In this document: piece by piece, positions 12,610-24,300 of the stretch
Position numbering within the stretch: position 1 is the first letter of the stretch
How the letters are laid out: each line of letters begins with the position of its first letter
Source of the DNA: Octopus sinensis
Lineage: Eukaryota
Direction: 5' to 3'
NCBI RefSeq assembly: GCF_006345805.1
Contig: NW_021832221.1
Coordinates: 248,797 to 312,796, forward strand
Length of the DNA stretch: 64,000 nucleotides
The notes under the pieces: model-generated
What the model was told of the DNA's origin: nothing
Database searches by the model: none
What the model saw: the letters and a program-made list of their open reading frames with translations, nothing else
Program-made: the position numbers and the translations under genes

Positions 12610-14424
12610 ATGCCACATCAATCTAAAAACCGAAAAGTGGCCTTCTCGAAAGAAATCATGTTCTACTCAGCCTGCCAATCCAAGGATTTCGAAGACATTG
12701 AGAACTACCTGAATGCAGGGGCTGACATAAACTATCGCAGTACTTCATCCCTCACTGCTCTCCATCAGGTGCCCTCCCCCACTCCACTCCAGGCCTGTAT
12801 TGATGAGAATTTGAGTCTCGTCCGCCTGTTGATCCACAGAGGAGCCGATCCTTCCGTGAAGGACGAGGAAGGGTGGACTCCCCTCCATGTGGCTGCCTCC
12901 ATCAACAATTTCGAGATAATTCAGTTACTCCTTCACTTAGTCGGAGATTTAGGCTTACTTAAGATTCCTCGTCGAGCACGGGGGGTCTTGTGTCTCTGAT
13001 ATCAACTACGATGGGGAATTCCCTCTCGACATGACCACTGATTCCCAAATCGAGGACTTTCTCAGGGCTAAAATGACCTCCCAAGGTATCCCTCTCAGTC
13101 CCATCTGTTCAGGTGTGGATAGAGAACAGATTCTGGCCAAAGAGCACTCTCAAATGCTGAGGGACGCCCACAAATTGGGTGAATTGGGGGGGAATATGCC
13201 GTGTGACCCCCAGACGGGTGCCACTGCTTTGCACGTGGCCTGTGCGAAGGGATACATCGACGTGATCGAGTTGTGGGTGGGGGTGATTGTAGGGCGTTGT
13301 TGAGTGGGGGGGCGGACTTGGACGTGGAGGACAACGACGGGTGGACTCCCCTCCATGCGGCAGTCCACAATAACCGTGTGGCCGCGGTCACTTTGCTTAT
13401 AAATGCGGGAGCCGACACTACGATTCGATCGAAAATGGTATTTGGGTGTGAATATTGAAGGGGGAGAGCCAGAGGGATTTGGGGGAGGGCGATTTGGTCA
13501 AAATAATCGACGATCTGATAGTGAAAAACGTATTTAAGTTGTTATGACGAGTAGTACCAACTGCGGAAGGACAGAGAATTGCAGAAAAAGCAGTACAATA
13601 CGAAAAGAGAGTTTTAGACATTTTTTGTCGCGATATTCAGAAAAGCAGAAGACGGAGATAAAGGCAATGGACAACACGAACGAATTGAATCACATCCAGT
13701 CGTGCATTGCCGAGTTCGACCCCTCCTCGGACAAGTCTTACTTTTCCCTGGCTTCAGTCGAGCCAATAAGTTCCATCAGGGTGGACTCGTTGTGTCATTT
13801 CAGTCAAAGGGACTTCGCCATCGACTCAGAATGCTCGACCAATTCCACCGAATTGTAGAGACGGACGATTCCCTCTTCTCCCCTCGACTCAAGTCCCCCG
13901 AGTCCCCTAAGAAAGAGTCAGTCGACGTGGAGACTAAAACGTGGTGACATGTTGTATATTTCTAGGTCGAAGGGGAAGAGAATGACTGTGCAGGTTCAGT
14001 CGAGTCGGCCATTTCTAGGAAGTGTTGGACAAGTGCATGGACTTGCCTCCCACCGACAAAATACAGGACGAGGATGCCTGTTTTCAGCGTAGTGTCTCGA
14101 CTAATGTTAAGTCACGAATTCCGTTCCCTACAGAATGCGGTTTTTGGTGAAGGATGCGGAGAAGGAGACCGATTGTGGGAGATGCAGTCGACTGAGGATG
14201 GAGTTGGATCAACTACGGGCGGACAATGACTTGATCAAGACACAACTCAAGTCACGCACGTCGGAGGGGAGTAGAAAGGCTGATGTGAGGATTGGTTTGT
14301 GTGGACTGAGTAGGAACAATTGACTGAAATGGTCGATTATTTGGACAGAATTTGTCGTTTGGAGGACGAGAATCAACGATTGACAGCAGAGAATGACAGA
14401 TTGCGTTCAATGCTTTTTCAGTAG
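12610..14424 (+). CDS. PPP1R12: PP1 regulatory subunit 12/MYPT-like ankyrin protein with C-terminal coiled coil
   Basis: RVxF-type KVAF; ankyrin repeats LTALHQACIDEN, GWTPLHVAAS, TGATALHVACAKGY, DNDGWTPLHAAVH; leucine-zipper-like end LEDENQRLTAENDRLRSMLFQ*. Confidence 0.85.
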
Positions 14425-14879
14425 TTTATTTAATTAGCCCTTTTGAATAGTGGATGCTTTATTTTTATGCTGTTTCTGGTTATTTTCACATTTCTAATTC
14501 ATGCTGAGTTAAATAGACAAAATGTAATGATTTAATGGAATCCATAAATTATCACTTCTTATTGTTCTTCTGTTTGATCTTAAAGTGGTTAGCTGCTTCA
14601 TGAATAGACCATATTGTTTACAAAATCGATTAGAATCGAATAAAGGTTAAGTATTAACCATTTTCACTTTAATCTACAATCGGAATCTTGCATTAATTCG
14701 ACAACACGCAGTTCACAATTGTTTTTCCACTAAATATTTATACCAGGCATCCACAAATTAGACTGGTTCTTGGAGGGACAAAATAATAATTTAACTTTTC
14801 GCAGTACACTAAGATTGGTCAGACTCTCAAACAACGTTTCACTAAACAACGTTTCCGAGAACCTTTTCTTCTTAACTCT

Positions 14880-16800
14880 TAGTTTCGATTAAGATTAAGT
14901 AAATCATGGTTCATAAATCGAACTTACCTTTCAAAATTAGCTATCAACAAAAACAGTCAATGACGAGTTTTTTTGAGTTGGACCGGAGCGTTTGTTATCG
15001 TGCGACCAACGTTTGGTTAATCTGTGGACACTTTGTTGGACCTTTTCGATTCACCTCCTGTCGGACCACGATAACCGCAGGCGTAGGAAATGAACGGTTC
15101 AAAGTATTGACGGTAAATATTCGTCAGTACCGGGTGGGAACCGTTTTTCCATAAACAGGATAGACTTTTGAGTACGTTCATTTTTTTTCACATTTACGAA
15201 GAAGGTTGTCTACGTGCGGGGAGAAGGAGAGGAGCATGTCGAAGGTTACCTCTAAAACCGTCTGACTTCTGTAGAAGGGTACGGACACATTGTTCAACTT
15301 CAAGTTGACCGAAGCCCTTCCCAATCTTTTATCAGATGTGAAAAGGAACGTGGCGGACGCGTTTACCACGAATCGGTTGTCAGTTAGTCATAGGTTGAGC
15401 CAATCCAAGTTACCTTGGAGCCTTTCAGAGGCCTTCTGGGTATCCCGGTCCCTCGAGGCTAATACAATGTTGTCCGCATATGAAAGGACAATATCATTAT
15501 TGAGGTCTTCCAGGAAAAGGTTGAAAAGGGCCGGGGATAAGAGGGATCCCTAGGGTACTCCGTTGGGCAGGAGACAAGACGTGGACTTCAGGCCTCCGAG
15601 GCAAACCCTTCCCCTTCGTCCACTTAGGAAACTGGTGATTCATAGTTTGAGTTTTGGCGGAAATTTAGTTTGAAATATCTTCCTTGATAGGAGCTTCCTC
15701 AAGACAGAGTCGAAGGCTTTGTGGATGTCTAAGAAGCAAAGCACGGCTTTTGGTGCCTCGGTTTGCTTGAAAAGTCGGTACAATTGAATTCCGTCAATGA
15801 CTGTAAGTATGAAGACGTGGACTTTGCCTTTTTGAACCCAGGTTGGAAAGGCCTTTCTGGTAAGAATTCTTGTATTCTTCAAAGAACCATCCTTTCTAGA
15901 ATTTTTGACATGGAGCATAACAGGGAAACCGGCCTGAAAGATGCCGGGTCGTCTCTTGGTCTTTCAGGTTTCAGTATCGGCCTTATTAGAGCCTGTTTCC
16001 ATCAGACGGAATCACATTATGGTTGACCCAGTAGTTGAAGATATCCGTTTGAAACGTGACTCCTTCCACACCAAGATTTTTTAATAGAATGACCTGATTT
16101 TGTTTGGGCCGTAAAAATATAACGTTTTTGTGGAGTGCAAAGTATCCACAACCTCTTTTACTGAGTGGTGGAAAGATTCCGCTTGTTTCTTTAGGCTTCT
16201 GATTGAGAGAGGCGAATCTGATTTCCTGTTCTCCTTGTGTGCTGTTTTCGCGGAGAATTTGATGAGGATGTTCACGTCTTTTTGATCATATTCTTTAACA
16301 ATTTCGGTAGCGTCTCCCTTGGCCACGTCCACAATTCTCCCGTTGAACGATTACGGTTTACGGCTGTAAGAATGCAATTCCATTTCAAACAAGTGTTTCT
16401 GTGTTCACTAGTCTTCAATTTCTTGTTCAATGATCTGATAAAGATCATTATATCAGAAGACATTTGGTTTGATTTCTTGAGGCAATTTCTTTCCTTGGTC
16501 AGGCCGGATCTTCTTCGGCTACAAGCAGCGTGAGGTTGACATTTCGGTATAACCATTGCTCTTGCTTCCAGAATAATTTTCGAGAAAAGCCAATGGCCTT
16601 ATCAAGAGAGCTGAAGTTGTGTAGATTGCAATTCTTTAGTTTCGAGTTCAAAATCTCCTAGGACCGTGGCCAATTCGCCGAATTGTAATTGTATGAAACA
16701 GGAACTTTCGTGTTGACAACTTCCCGTTTGATCTCTACCGCGATCGGATTGTGGTCGCTTCTCGTCTCATAGAGGACTGACCACTCCGTTGTCGATAGGT
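14880..16800 (-). mobile_element. Decayed APE-type non-LTR retrotransposon (LINE), 5'-truncated
   Basis: APE C-terminal motif SDHNPI (about 16742-16759); RT motifs FLDIHKAFDSV, GVP*GSLLSPALFNLF (stop at 15550-15552) and SYADNIVL; several stops and frameshifts. Confidence 0.85.
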
Positions 16801-17595
16801 TAAAATTCATAAACGGTAAAAAAATATGAACGATGATTCACTCAAAAAGAAAAGATTAACTAAACTATACTTTTTTACGATAGAGTTGTCGGTTCCGTGA
16901 AATCAAAACGAAAGTTTTACATTTGGCGTTCATGAAGTGAATCACGGAAGAACCGTATGAGCCAAATTCAATATGCAGTTTTCTCAAAAATCTGAAATTA
17001 AACCAAATTCCTCCTAAAAGTAATCAGCCTCCTAATGTACAGATGTTATTGAAAGATTGAGAAAATCCTCTGCTTCATGTATATTTTCCTGAAACGCATG
17101 AAAGAAAATTTTAATTTCAGGCATTCGTTAATAAGAAATCTTCAAAAAACTGAAAATTGACAGATTTGTGTAAAACTTGTATGCATTTTGCCTACTCAAA
17201 TCCAATTCGAGAGATTAATCCTCATTTTAGGATTCTTCAAAGTGCGTCTACTAATATCTCTACACCACTTTCTCAAACCCATCAATTTAGTTAAGGTTGA
17301 AGAATCTGGAAAGATATCCTAAAAAGTCATTGTTGTGATTTTAGGACAAAAATCACAGCCCCTGTTTACAGCCCAAATTATTTGATTCAGTTTCTTAAAT
17401 TTATTTCTTTAACGAGTCTCTAATAGTTGTACAGACAAAAAGGTCTGTTGCTGCTAGTTTTTAGGTTGCCCTACCCTGGTAGTGTTTATTACACCATCCT
17501 TTAATGCACACAGCATAATTTCCCTCACTTACATCATAAAACAAGTTTGAGTAAATGCACAATCAAAAACCAATTAGTGAGTGTTAGTGGATTAA

Positions 17596-18126
17596 TCAAG
17601 CCAACGCTTTATTGAGCTCATCATAGCACATTTGAGATATTGTGGCTTCGGCCCGTTCAACGTCGTCTTTGGCATTGTTCAGATCAGTGAGGGATTGTGC
17701 CAGCCCATCCCTCACAGCCTGACAATAAACATTCACTATCAATACTTGTTTGTCAATTCTTTCGAGAGGACACAACTCCTCGGCCAAAATGCGCACAGCT
17801 CCCGTTCCTGTCACTGTCAAGGTCCCACTGCTCACTAGCAAAGTCAGGAGGCTCATTGGGGTACCAAAATATTTGACCGTCTCCCCGTTATCCTTGTGCA
17901 CTGAGAGGACACCCGGGCGAAGAACACCTAAAATTGGCACGTGTTCTGCCAGGATTCCCAGATCTCCGTCTACAGTAGAGACGTCTACTTGTTTGATGGA
18001 TTCTGATTTGAAATAAATCTTAATTATAGATTAAATTGAAACTTCATTCGGGGAACTAAGAGTGAAGGCCATTTGTGAGGCTCTCCGAACAGACCGAAGG
18101 AAAATACCAATTGCGGGCGCAAACAT
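17596..18126 (-). CDS. ATP5F1D: Mitochondrial ATP synthase F1 subunit delta
   Basis: MAFTLSSPNE-IYFKSESIKQVDVSTVDGDLGILAEHVPILGVLRPG...KYF-VSSG...ILAEE; three micro-introns; short N-terminal presequence. Confidence 0.95.
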
Positions 18127-18877
18127 ACTCACAAGAAATTAACGATAGGTCCTGTTTTATTTTAAATTTATTTTCAATATAAATACTTTATATTTAACAA
18201 ATTGAAGAAAGCCTTTTACTCTATATTCTATGTCTGTGTATGAAAAATACTGACTTAAATGTTGAAGAACGTCCAGGGTGACTAGTACTCGGAAATCATT
18301 TTCTTGATTTAAGGAATGCTGTGTTTACTGCTTGAATTTGCTCGAATAAAGCCTGCTGTAAATGAAAAGTGCAGAGAACTATGAATTCCAAGGAAATTCT
18401 AGTTTTCCGTGTTTACTCTAAGAGAAAATAGTTTTTCACAGTCGACATAAATATATCAATTGATTTGTTTAACTTTAACAAATAATCATAACAATATTAT
18501 TCTTTGCAAAATATTGACCGAATCAAAATCCAAAACAAAGCGGAGGATAGGATCTTAAAATACCCTTTATTATTAAAGGACCACTTTTCACATCAATTTC
18601 AATGGAGATCTCAGGATTATTCAGAAACATTCGGTTTTTTTCAAGAGATTACTAGACTGCCAAATTATTCAAGAGAAGTAAGATCACTGAAAGATAAAAA
18701 GACTCTTCGAGGGGATTGCGGCGTCTTTCCCGGATCAACTCAATTTTTGACTTTTTCGGCTTAAAATTATTTAATTATTAAACAAAAAGACAAAAATAGT
18801 TGGACAATTTTGCTTTAAAGAGCAAAAGAATTTAATGTTAATTTGACATTTGTGTTAATATAATTAATTTCGTGATA

Positions 18878-20364
18878 TTATTCAATAAAATCAGGAATTT
18901 CCACATTTCTTAATTTTGCTGCCTTCCTTGATGCTAAACATTTTTCCCTTAAAATAAATATTGATTGATTGTTGTTCTTTATTTCGTTTAGGAGCTGTTC
19001 CTTTAACAAAATTAATGAATGCAAAATGTTCTTTCCTGATTTTAGTTCTGATTCCATATTTTCCTGTTGTTTTGATATTGAACAAGAATTATTTTGCAGC
19101 CTTTAAATATATGTTACTTTAATACTTGTTTTCTAATCTATCGTAAAAATTTTCAGTTTTTAGCCGACTTAAATGAAATGACATTTTTGCGTCGATAAGT
19201 CTCTGAGGTCTGACTAGTTCCGTTTTTGACCGAGAAAGGGAGATATAAGATGTTTCGAGTGCACCGATTTGCACAAGAACCTATTTATGATGAGGTTTTA
19301 ATGAAATACATCATCTAGTTGACTTTTAGTGTTTTTGCGTGAGTTTACCATTTTCTGAATCAGCAGTGAGATTGCATCATTTGTGGAATTCCAGTGAGAT
19401 ATAAGTTTCTTGAATGAAAAATATATTTGTTTATTTGTGTTCTTTGCCATTAATTTTACAGCAAAGATTTCAGTAAAAGAATTGTCAATGATTGATTGTA
19501 TTTCTTTGACCCATCTATTTTTTGAAAGTTGAGAATTTTTGGTGAATTTGTTGAGCGAATCACTAATGTGGGCTATTTTGTTACAAAAGTCGTCTATATT
19601 GTAGGCAGAAGTCTTGCTATATATTTCGTTTTTTAATATATTTGACATTTTATGAACTTGCCTGAACTTTAATTTATAAATATAACCCTATTTTTGTATT
19701 TATTTTAGCAGAGACATTTTGGAATTCCTTTTGAATCGTTTCTACGAGTTCCGATTCCTAAAATAAAAAATAATTTTTATTTAATTTTTTTGACAGTAAT
19801 TATATTGCCTATTGTTATAATACACTCCATAATAACCTTCAAAATTGTATTTACAACTTCCTCATGGTTAAAATTTTTTGATTTTATGTTTTGAATCCAA
19901 GATAGGCAGTTACTGGTTACTTGAGCTGGAATATTTATTTGTTGGAGGCTAAAGCTTAGTTGGATATCTGTATCCAGTAATAAATCTCTGGCATGGTTAA
20001 GCAATTTTAAATTATTTTGAAGTTCCAAGTTCCAGTGAGATATTTCTTCAAGTCTGGAATCAAATTCAGATTTTAATTCGGAATATATGTTATTACACAT
20101 GTTCACAGACTGATCATTCAACTGGAGAGAAGTTAATTTGAATCCTTCTGCATTTCGAATTGTCTTCTCAAATGGACTAGTTTCTTGCTTATATGGGGAA
20201 TTCTATAATTATTTAATCATTTTACAAACTGAAAGGTTAATTTGCGGCAAAAAATCTACTAAAGATTTTTTCTCATTGTTTCTGTTCCATAATGTTTTTT
20301 GTCTCATTTGATCAAAATTAAAGGTAGTATACGAGCGGACAAGAGGATTGGAGAGATTGCTCAT
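18878..20364 (-). CDS. Divergent tektin-family protein
   Basis: SRLEEISHWNLELQNNL...IPAQVTSNCL resembles tektin (RL.DI..WK.EL...PL.I..ECL). C-terminal LLNEIKNNNQSIFILREKCLASRK resembles LE.DI..K.NSL.ID..KC...RK. Confidence 0.65.
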
Positions 20365-21362
20365 TATGTAAATTTTTTTTGTTTTGTTGTTGAAATAAGC
20401 TTTTAAATTATTTTTTAAATTGTTCGATAAGTTGCTTTATGACAGCTAAAAATATTTTATTGTAAGTAATCTCACAATCAATTTATATCCAAATTGATTT
20501 ATATGACCTTAATAAACTTGAATTTTACAAAATCAAAAAAATGATGAAAATATTTCTGCTCATTAGTACAAAAATTTTAGTCTATAATTGCATTCTCTGA
20601 ATTGTCTTTTGAATTGGCAATTTTGTGGGCGTCATATAAATTAAAACATATTTTTAGTTCGAAAAGTCAAACTATTTGAAAGGATAAAAATCAAGAATTT
20701 ATTTTACGTCATGATACGTCTTTATCGAGATACATTTATACACGTAAATTTTATCATTTCAGAGAAAACTATAGCGATTGAATTTAAATTTTTTTAATGG
20801 TCTATAATTAAAATGAATTTCAAATCAACTTTTCAGGAATTTTTTAGGTGTTTTTTAAATACGTGTTCACTTTTTCATTATTATTTTGTTAGAAATTTTA
20901 AATGCTAGACAGATATTTTAATCATTGTTAAAATTAGTTCATTTTCAACGATTTTTTTAGAATAATAAAGTTATTGTGTTATCTAAGCCTAAAGAATTAT
21001 TGTGGAATTATTTAAATAGTTGCACAAAAATTGTACTTCAATATCAAATTTTTGGTCAATAATTTAAGATTTATTGTTGTTTTCATTATTACAAAAAACC
21101 ACATTTAATAAAATTTTCATTTCACAGTGGTTTTAAATACCTCTGTGAATAGATTTTCACTGACAAATATGGATTTATTTTGATTTTATGATTACGTTTG
21201 TAATACTGTTAATAATTGCAGATGGATTGAACTAATCTATATATTCTAATTATAATGTACTTATCTTCTTTTAACAGATAAATCAATAATGACCGCACTG
21301 GGTAGGCCGATTTTTCTACTATATAACCGCTTAATGTTTTGTTTTTAGCTGATTTTTTAATT

Positions 21363-24300
21363 ATGATAAGTCCTGATTTTGATTTAGATTCAGGTATATA
21401 TTTAATATAAATCCATAATATACTGATTGTACTTTTCCCTTAATGTTTATACAAATCAATTTCAATAGGAATTCAATCTTCAGGTTCTGTTCCTACACCA
21501 GATAATTGTTCTTTTTCTAGTTTGAAAAAAAACGATAATAACTCGGATTTAGTACCTGATCTTTCCATAAACGATTCAATACTCCGGGTTAGAATCATTA
21601 TTAATATTCTCAAAGGAATTAATTTTGGTCGCAGAAGGATCTTTGGCAAGTCAAATAGTATTTTTGCAAAACGATGTAATTTTTGTAATAAGATTTTATT
21701 GTATAGGAAGAGGAAAAATTATGTACATATTACGATACAATGTGCACTTCAAAACAAGTCGATTGTTTGCAGAATATATTAGAAACTCAAAATCAGCTTA
21801 TTTTGACACACAAATGTAGCAAAGCTTTTTAATAAATCAGATTCTTTGACTATTTGGAGTGGATACAAGATTATTCAGGCGATTTATTCAGATACCACAA
21901 CTTCGCTTAATTATTGGCCAATCGAAAAATTTATTAAATTTCACAAAGCTGAATGGGATGAAATTTACAAAATAGCATCTTCTGGCTGGCTTCCCAGCGA
22001 AGTTAAGGATCGGGAATATTTTCATGGAACGTTTCTAATGTAGATTTTATGTCTATTATTTATAGAATTTTTTTTAAAAATCATAAACTTATTCGGTCCT
22101 GCGAATGGTTATCAAAAATTAAATTAGAAGGTCCGGGTCTTTTAGTCTTTATGCTTTCTCTGGAGAAACTCTGTTTCTTTGATACAGTTAATAGATATCC
22201 ATGTTTCCAGTTCGCTGTCAGTGTTATTTCTTCTTCGCTTTATGATGTAAGAAAGTTTCGAAATTTGATCAAAATTGAAATTCAATCCAGATCTTCAGCT
22301 AAAGAAGAAACTGTACAAGTTTCTCGTATTGCAATTGAGACCGAATTACAAAATCAATCTACAATAAAACATTTTGTCGTGCTCTTTGTTGTCGGTGTCA
22401 CTGAAGAGTCCAACAAGTATTGTTTTTGCCAGAAAAAACCTATCGCTGCTGCCTGTTCTTCAATTGATCGTTCATTCTGTCCTAAACTTCAAACTATTTA
22501 CAATTTTTTACCTCTTAATGAAGAGTGTCAAGGTCCTACAAATTTTCCGATTCTTTTACATGCTAATTTTTGTGTCAGTCAACATGAAAGGAACAATTCA
22601 AAATTCAATTTTGATTGTAAATCCATTTGGAATTCAATTCTAATCCATGAGTGGTTGCCTAGAGCATATTTGGGCTTGATTAAAGAATTTATTGAAAACA
22701 AACCAATCAATCCGTGCATCATATACGGCATGCTTCCTGATGTGAGTTTGGTACCTAATCGGTGGAAAATAATAGCCAATGTTGTTCTTAATGAGTTTCT
22801 TGTCGGTTCTACGGCACTATACGTGGATGCTCAGAAATATTGGACTGATGCCTTGGAACCGTTTATTTTTAATTACAACATTTTTCCATTCTTTAAAGAT
22901 GTGGCCGTGCAATTATCAGTTCATTGTGGTGTACCAATTTCAGTGGTTCCTGACCACATTTTTAAAGCAGTGGAAAAAATATTCGGAGAAAGACTTAAAA
23001 TTTTGACTCCTGCTAAAGTACGTAAATTACTAATTGGAAACGTTTTTTACGATTCTTTTTCTTGGGAGGAAAAAATGATGCTCATTCAGTTTATCACTGC
23101 TGATAAAATTTTTACGTAAATAATTTATTTCAAATATTTTAGAGATCTTATCGGCATAAAGCTTTTACCAGTTTTTGACGAAGTGTTTGTAACTTTTCGC
23201 GATAACCAAGACAAAAATAAAATTTTTATGAATTTCAGAGAATTTGATTCAGAAATCGTTGAGCATTTTCAAGAATCTTTCATTTCCAGAAACTTGCCTT
23301 CCGAAATTGAAGATATTCTACTTCGCCTAACGAAATCAGGTTGGCTATTTCATTCGGAACATATGTAAACAAGATTTTGTTAGGTTGCACTCAACTTTGT
23401 TTCATAACCCAATTTGATGTTTTCAAATTGTTGACAAGAAAACTCGATGAGAGATTCTTTATGAACAACAACTTCAGCGTTTCTCGTAAAGAAAGTCAAA
23501 ATGTTTTGGAATGTGTAAGTTTGTTGTGGAAGCATCTAAAAAACTGGTCTAATTTAGATCTTCTTAAAATCTCCGACTTTCCTCTGATCCCCTTTTTTAA
23601 AAATGATGGAAGGCTTTATCTTGAATCTTATGGTAGTCACACAATTGCTAAAAAACACGGTAAAAATCAGTTAGAAGATATTTTGTGCAATTTTTTGAAT
23701 TATATGGATGGCGTCTTGATTCAAGATCATATGATAGTATCTACGCTTATAAAAAATAATTCGGAAATAAATTGTTACATTCAACCTCCCACTCACGAAG
23801 GATTTGTAAACTTTTTAAATGCTTGGGTTATAAAACACGGTTTCGAGAATATTAAAAGACAATTTTTTCAAATTCCAAAAGACTTTTTTCTTAAATTACT
23901 GAGTTTTATCGAGAAATTAAACTTGCCTCCAGATATTTCATTTCTGTTTAACATTGGTCATTTCAAACCTGTTTCTAATTATTCCGGATCAATGTCCCAA
24001 GACAATAATTTTATTTTTAATGAAAAATTGTGCTTTAAACAAAGAGAAAATATTCCGACATTTGAACTACACCATTATGAATCTTCTAATAGTCCAAAAA
24101 ACGGATTGCTTATGTCTCAAAAGTTACGGTTGGATAGCATAATAGTTGCAACAACTTCTGGACGTCTTGTAAGTTGCACAGACTGTGTTGACTCTTCTGA
24201 TGATTTTATGAAAACTTTATTTGAGGGAATGGATGTGTTTATGGATTTAAATTTCTACAGTCTAAATTTTGTTAATTACCTGGTTGCTATGGGTTTTAAA

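Noticed and set aside
12975-13000. Suspected frameshift in the MYPT G-run
   Set aside because: Six Gs are present; after the 40-nt intron the frame FLVEHGGSCVSDINYDGEFPLD is continuous.
16885-16960. 11-bp bulged inverted repeat (cggttccgtga / tcacggaagaaccg)
   Set aside because: Short, no TSD, no second copy in the window; compatible with chance.
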